DNA of 64,000 nt, from positions 1,568,001 through 1,632,000 of the forward strand of contig OZ253555.1 of NCBI GenBank assembly GCA_965262725.1, read 5' to 3'. Below the pieces are notes generated by a model, which saw nothing but the letters and a program-made list of their open reading frames with translations, did not search any database and was not told the DNA's origin. Position 1 is the first letter of the stretch. Every line of letters begins with the position of its first letter. Shown here in pieces: positions 62,125-64,000 of this stretch. A program made the translations under genes and the position numbers. This stretch comes from Dehalococcoidia bacterium. GTDB taxonomy: Bacteria > Chloroflexota > Dehalococcoidia > UBA2979.

Positions 62125-63300
62125 TGTCCTGATTCGTAATAGCGACAGATAACGGGTATGGTGGCACAGCGGGGTTTTGCCCCATGGGGCAGACTCTGGA
62201 GTGTCATGAGCACCCGAATCGGACGGCCGACGGTCGCGATCGTCCTGAGCGACGAGGAGCGTGAGACGCTGGAGCGGTGGGCGCGCCGGCCGACATCGGC
62301 CCAGGCGCTGGCGCTGCGCTGTCGCATCGTCCTGGCAGCGGCCGAGGGGACATCGAATAAAGCGATCGCCGCGGCGCTCGATTGCCATCCGGTCACCGTC
62401 GGCAAGTGGCGCCGGCGCTTTGCGCAGGGGCGGCTCGATGGGCTACAGGATGAGCCGCGCCCCGGGGCGCCGCGCACGATCGCCGATGCACAGGTGGAAG
62501 CGGTGATCGTCACGACGCTGGAGGAGCAGCCTCCCAACGCGACGCACTGGTCGACCCGATCGATGGCAGCCGCGGTCGGGATGTCGCAGTCGGCGATCTT
62601 CAGGATCTGGCGCGCCTTCGGCCTGAAGCCGCACCTCGTGGAGAGCTTCAAGCTGTCGCCCGACCCGCAGTTCATCGACAAGGTGCGCGACGTGGCCGGG
62701 CTCTATCTCAACCCGCCCGACGCGGCGGTTGTGCTGTGCGTGGACGAGAAGACCCAGATCCAGGCACTCGACCGCACCGCGCCGACGGTGCCGATGATGC
62801 CCGGCGTCCCCGCCCGCCAGACGCACGACTACATCCGTCACGGCACGACGAACCTCTACGCGGCGCTCGATGTCGCCTCGGGATGCGTGATCACGGAGAT
62901 GACCCCCCGGCACCGGGCTCGGGAGTTCCAGCAGTTCCTCGCCCTCATCGACCAAAGCGTTCCCCATGAGCTGGCGGTGCATGTCGTGCTCGACAACGTC
63001 TCCACGCACCGCACGCCCGCCATCCAGCGCTGGCTCCAGCGCCATCCCCGCTTCACCTTCCATTTCACGCCGACCTACAGCTCCTGGATGAACCTCGTGG
63101 AGCGCTGGTTTGCAGAGCTCACCAGCAAGTGGCTCCGGCGCGGCACGCACCATAGCGTCCCTGATCTGATCCGCTCAGTGGAGATGTGGGTCGCCAGCTG
63201 GAACGAGAATCCGAGGCCCTTCATCTGGCACAAGTCCGCGGACCAGATCCTTGACAACCTCGCCGGATATCTAGAGCGCATCCCTGAATCGGGACACTAG
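62121..63300 (+). mobile_element. IS630-family element, copy 2
   Basis: Same ends as copy 1; diverged paralog. Confidence 0.93.
62206..63300 (+). CDS. IS630 transposase
   Basis: DDE motifs as in copy 1. Confidence 0.95.
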   Translation: MSTRIGRPTVAIVLSDEERETLERWARRPTSAQALALRCRIVLAAAEGTSNKAIAAALDCHPVTVGKWRRRFAQGRLDGLQDEPRPGAPRTIADAQVEAVIVTTLEEQPPNATHWSTRSMAAAVGMSQSAIFRIWRAFGLKPHLVESFKLSPDPQFIDKVRDVAGLYLNPPDAAVVLCVDEKTQIQALDRTAPTVPMMPGVPARQTHDYIRHGTTNLYAALDVASGCVITEMTPRHRAREFQQFLALIDQSVPHELAVHVVLDNVSTHRTPAIQRWLQRHPRFTFHFTPTYSSWMNLVERWFAELTSKWLRRGTHHSVPDLIRSVEMWVASWNENPRPFIWHKSADQILDNLAGYLERIPESGH

Positions 63301-63399
63301 GGGTTCTCTGAACAGGTCGCCGCGTCGTTACTGGAGCACATGCACACTCCGATGACTATATGCGATCATGGCACTCCTCCGGGAAAGGGGAGCGCTGCC

Positions 63400-64000
63400 A
63401 TGCATCAGCCGACATTCGCGAGAGTCGAGTTCGAGCGGGATGGCTACAAGACGCGCCGCCAGAAGTTCCTCGAACGGCTGGATGGCCTCGTCCCGTGGCA
63501 GAGGTTCGAAGCAGCCATCGAGCCCCACTACCCGAAACCGGGCCGCGGGCGGAGGCCCTACCCGCTCTCCGTGATGCTGCGCATCCATACCGTGCAACTC
63601 TGCTACAACCTCAGCGACCCCGGCATGGAGGATCTGCTCCACGAGGCCGAGTCGGTGCGAGCCTTTTGCTTCCTCACGCTCTCCGAGCCCATCCCCGACG
63701 AGACGACGATCCTCAACTTCCGGCACCTGCTCGAGCGCCACTCCCTGGGTAGCAGGATCCTCCAACTCATCAACGAGCACCTCACGAGCAAGGGATTGAA
63801 GCTGAGCGAGGGCAGCATCGTGGATGCGACCATCATCTCGGCGCCATCGTCGACGAAGAATCGCGGGCGGGCGCGGGACCCGGAGATGCATCAGACCAAG
63901 AAGGGGAAACAGTGGTTCTTCGGGATGAAGCTGCACATCGGCGCCGACAGGGATACTGGACTGGTCCACAACTTCACGACCACGCCTGCGAACGTGTCGG
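63400..64000 (+). CDS. IS5-family transposase (partial; element starts at 63301)
   Basis: MHQPTF...KTRRQKFL..VPW...GRRPYPL..MLRIH, LSDPGMED, PDETTILNFRHLLE, IVDATII, KKGKQWFFGMKLHIG. Confidence 0.92.
   Translation, partial: MHQPTFARVEFERDGYKTRRQKFLERLDGLVPWQRFEAAIEPHYPKPGRGRRPYPLSVMLRIHTVQLCYNLSDPGMEDLLHEAESVRAFCFLTLSEPIPDETTILNFRHLLERHSLGSRILQLINEHLTSKGLKLSEGSIVDATIISAPSSTKNRGRARDPEMHQTKKGKQWFFGMKLHIGADRDTGLVHNFTTTPANVS

Larger units (their letters stand above)
42294..64000. mobile_element. ICE-like genomic island integrated at tRNA-Gly (extends beyond window)
   Basis: tRNA 3' att fragment followed by a conjugation module, IS elements and accessory cargo; integrase not within window. Confidence 0.75.

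Overview
Very GC-rich bacterial chromosome segment. The gene content (FtsH N-terminus, LLM oxidoreductase, alpha2-type GlyRS, small conserved hypotheticals) suggests Chloroflexota/Dehalococcoidia; this is inference. Bases 1-21.4 kb and 29-42.2 kb are core genes: mrdA-mreDCB, ligA, hisHAFI, rplU-rpmA-rpmE, ftsH, rnhB, membrane PPase, glyQS, ferredoxin, uvrA and MFS/LLM/GMC genes. The standout is a 7.7-kb nest of mobile elements inserted at one CTAG (21366-29035). An IS1182-like element sits next to a ~190-bp IS630 remnant. The remnant carries an antisense group II intron (23326-28894), which holds an IS21 in domain I and a second, ORF-less sibling group II intron (27075-27936). The inner intron splits the outer intron's reverse transcriptase gene so that splicing restores the frame exactly (a twintron). 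From 42.3 kb to the end lies an ICE-like island bounded by a tRNA-Gly(TCC) 3' fragment. It encodes a VirB6/pilin/PrgI/VirB4/primase/coupling-protein/Replication-relaxation module, followed by cargo (DUF4258/DUF2283 pair, Cys-rich EEP nuclease, DUF6508, ADP-ribosylglycohydrolase plus CX5R phosphatase) and CTAG-targeting IS630/IS5 copies.
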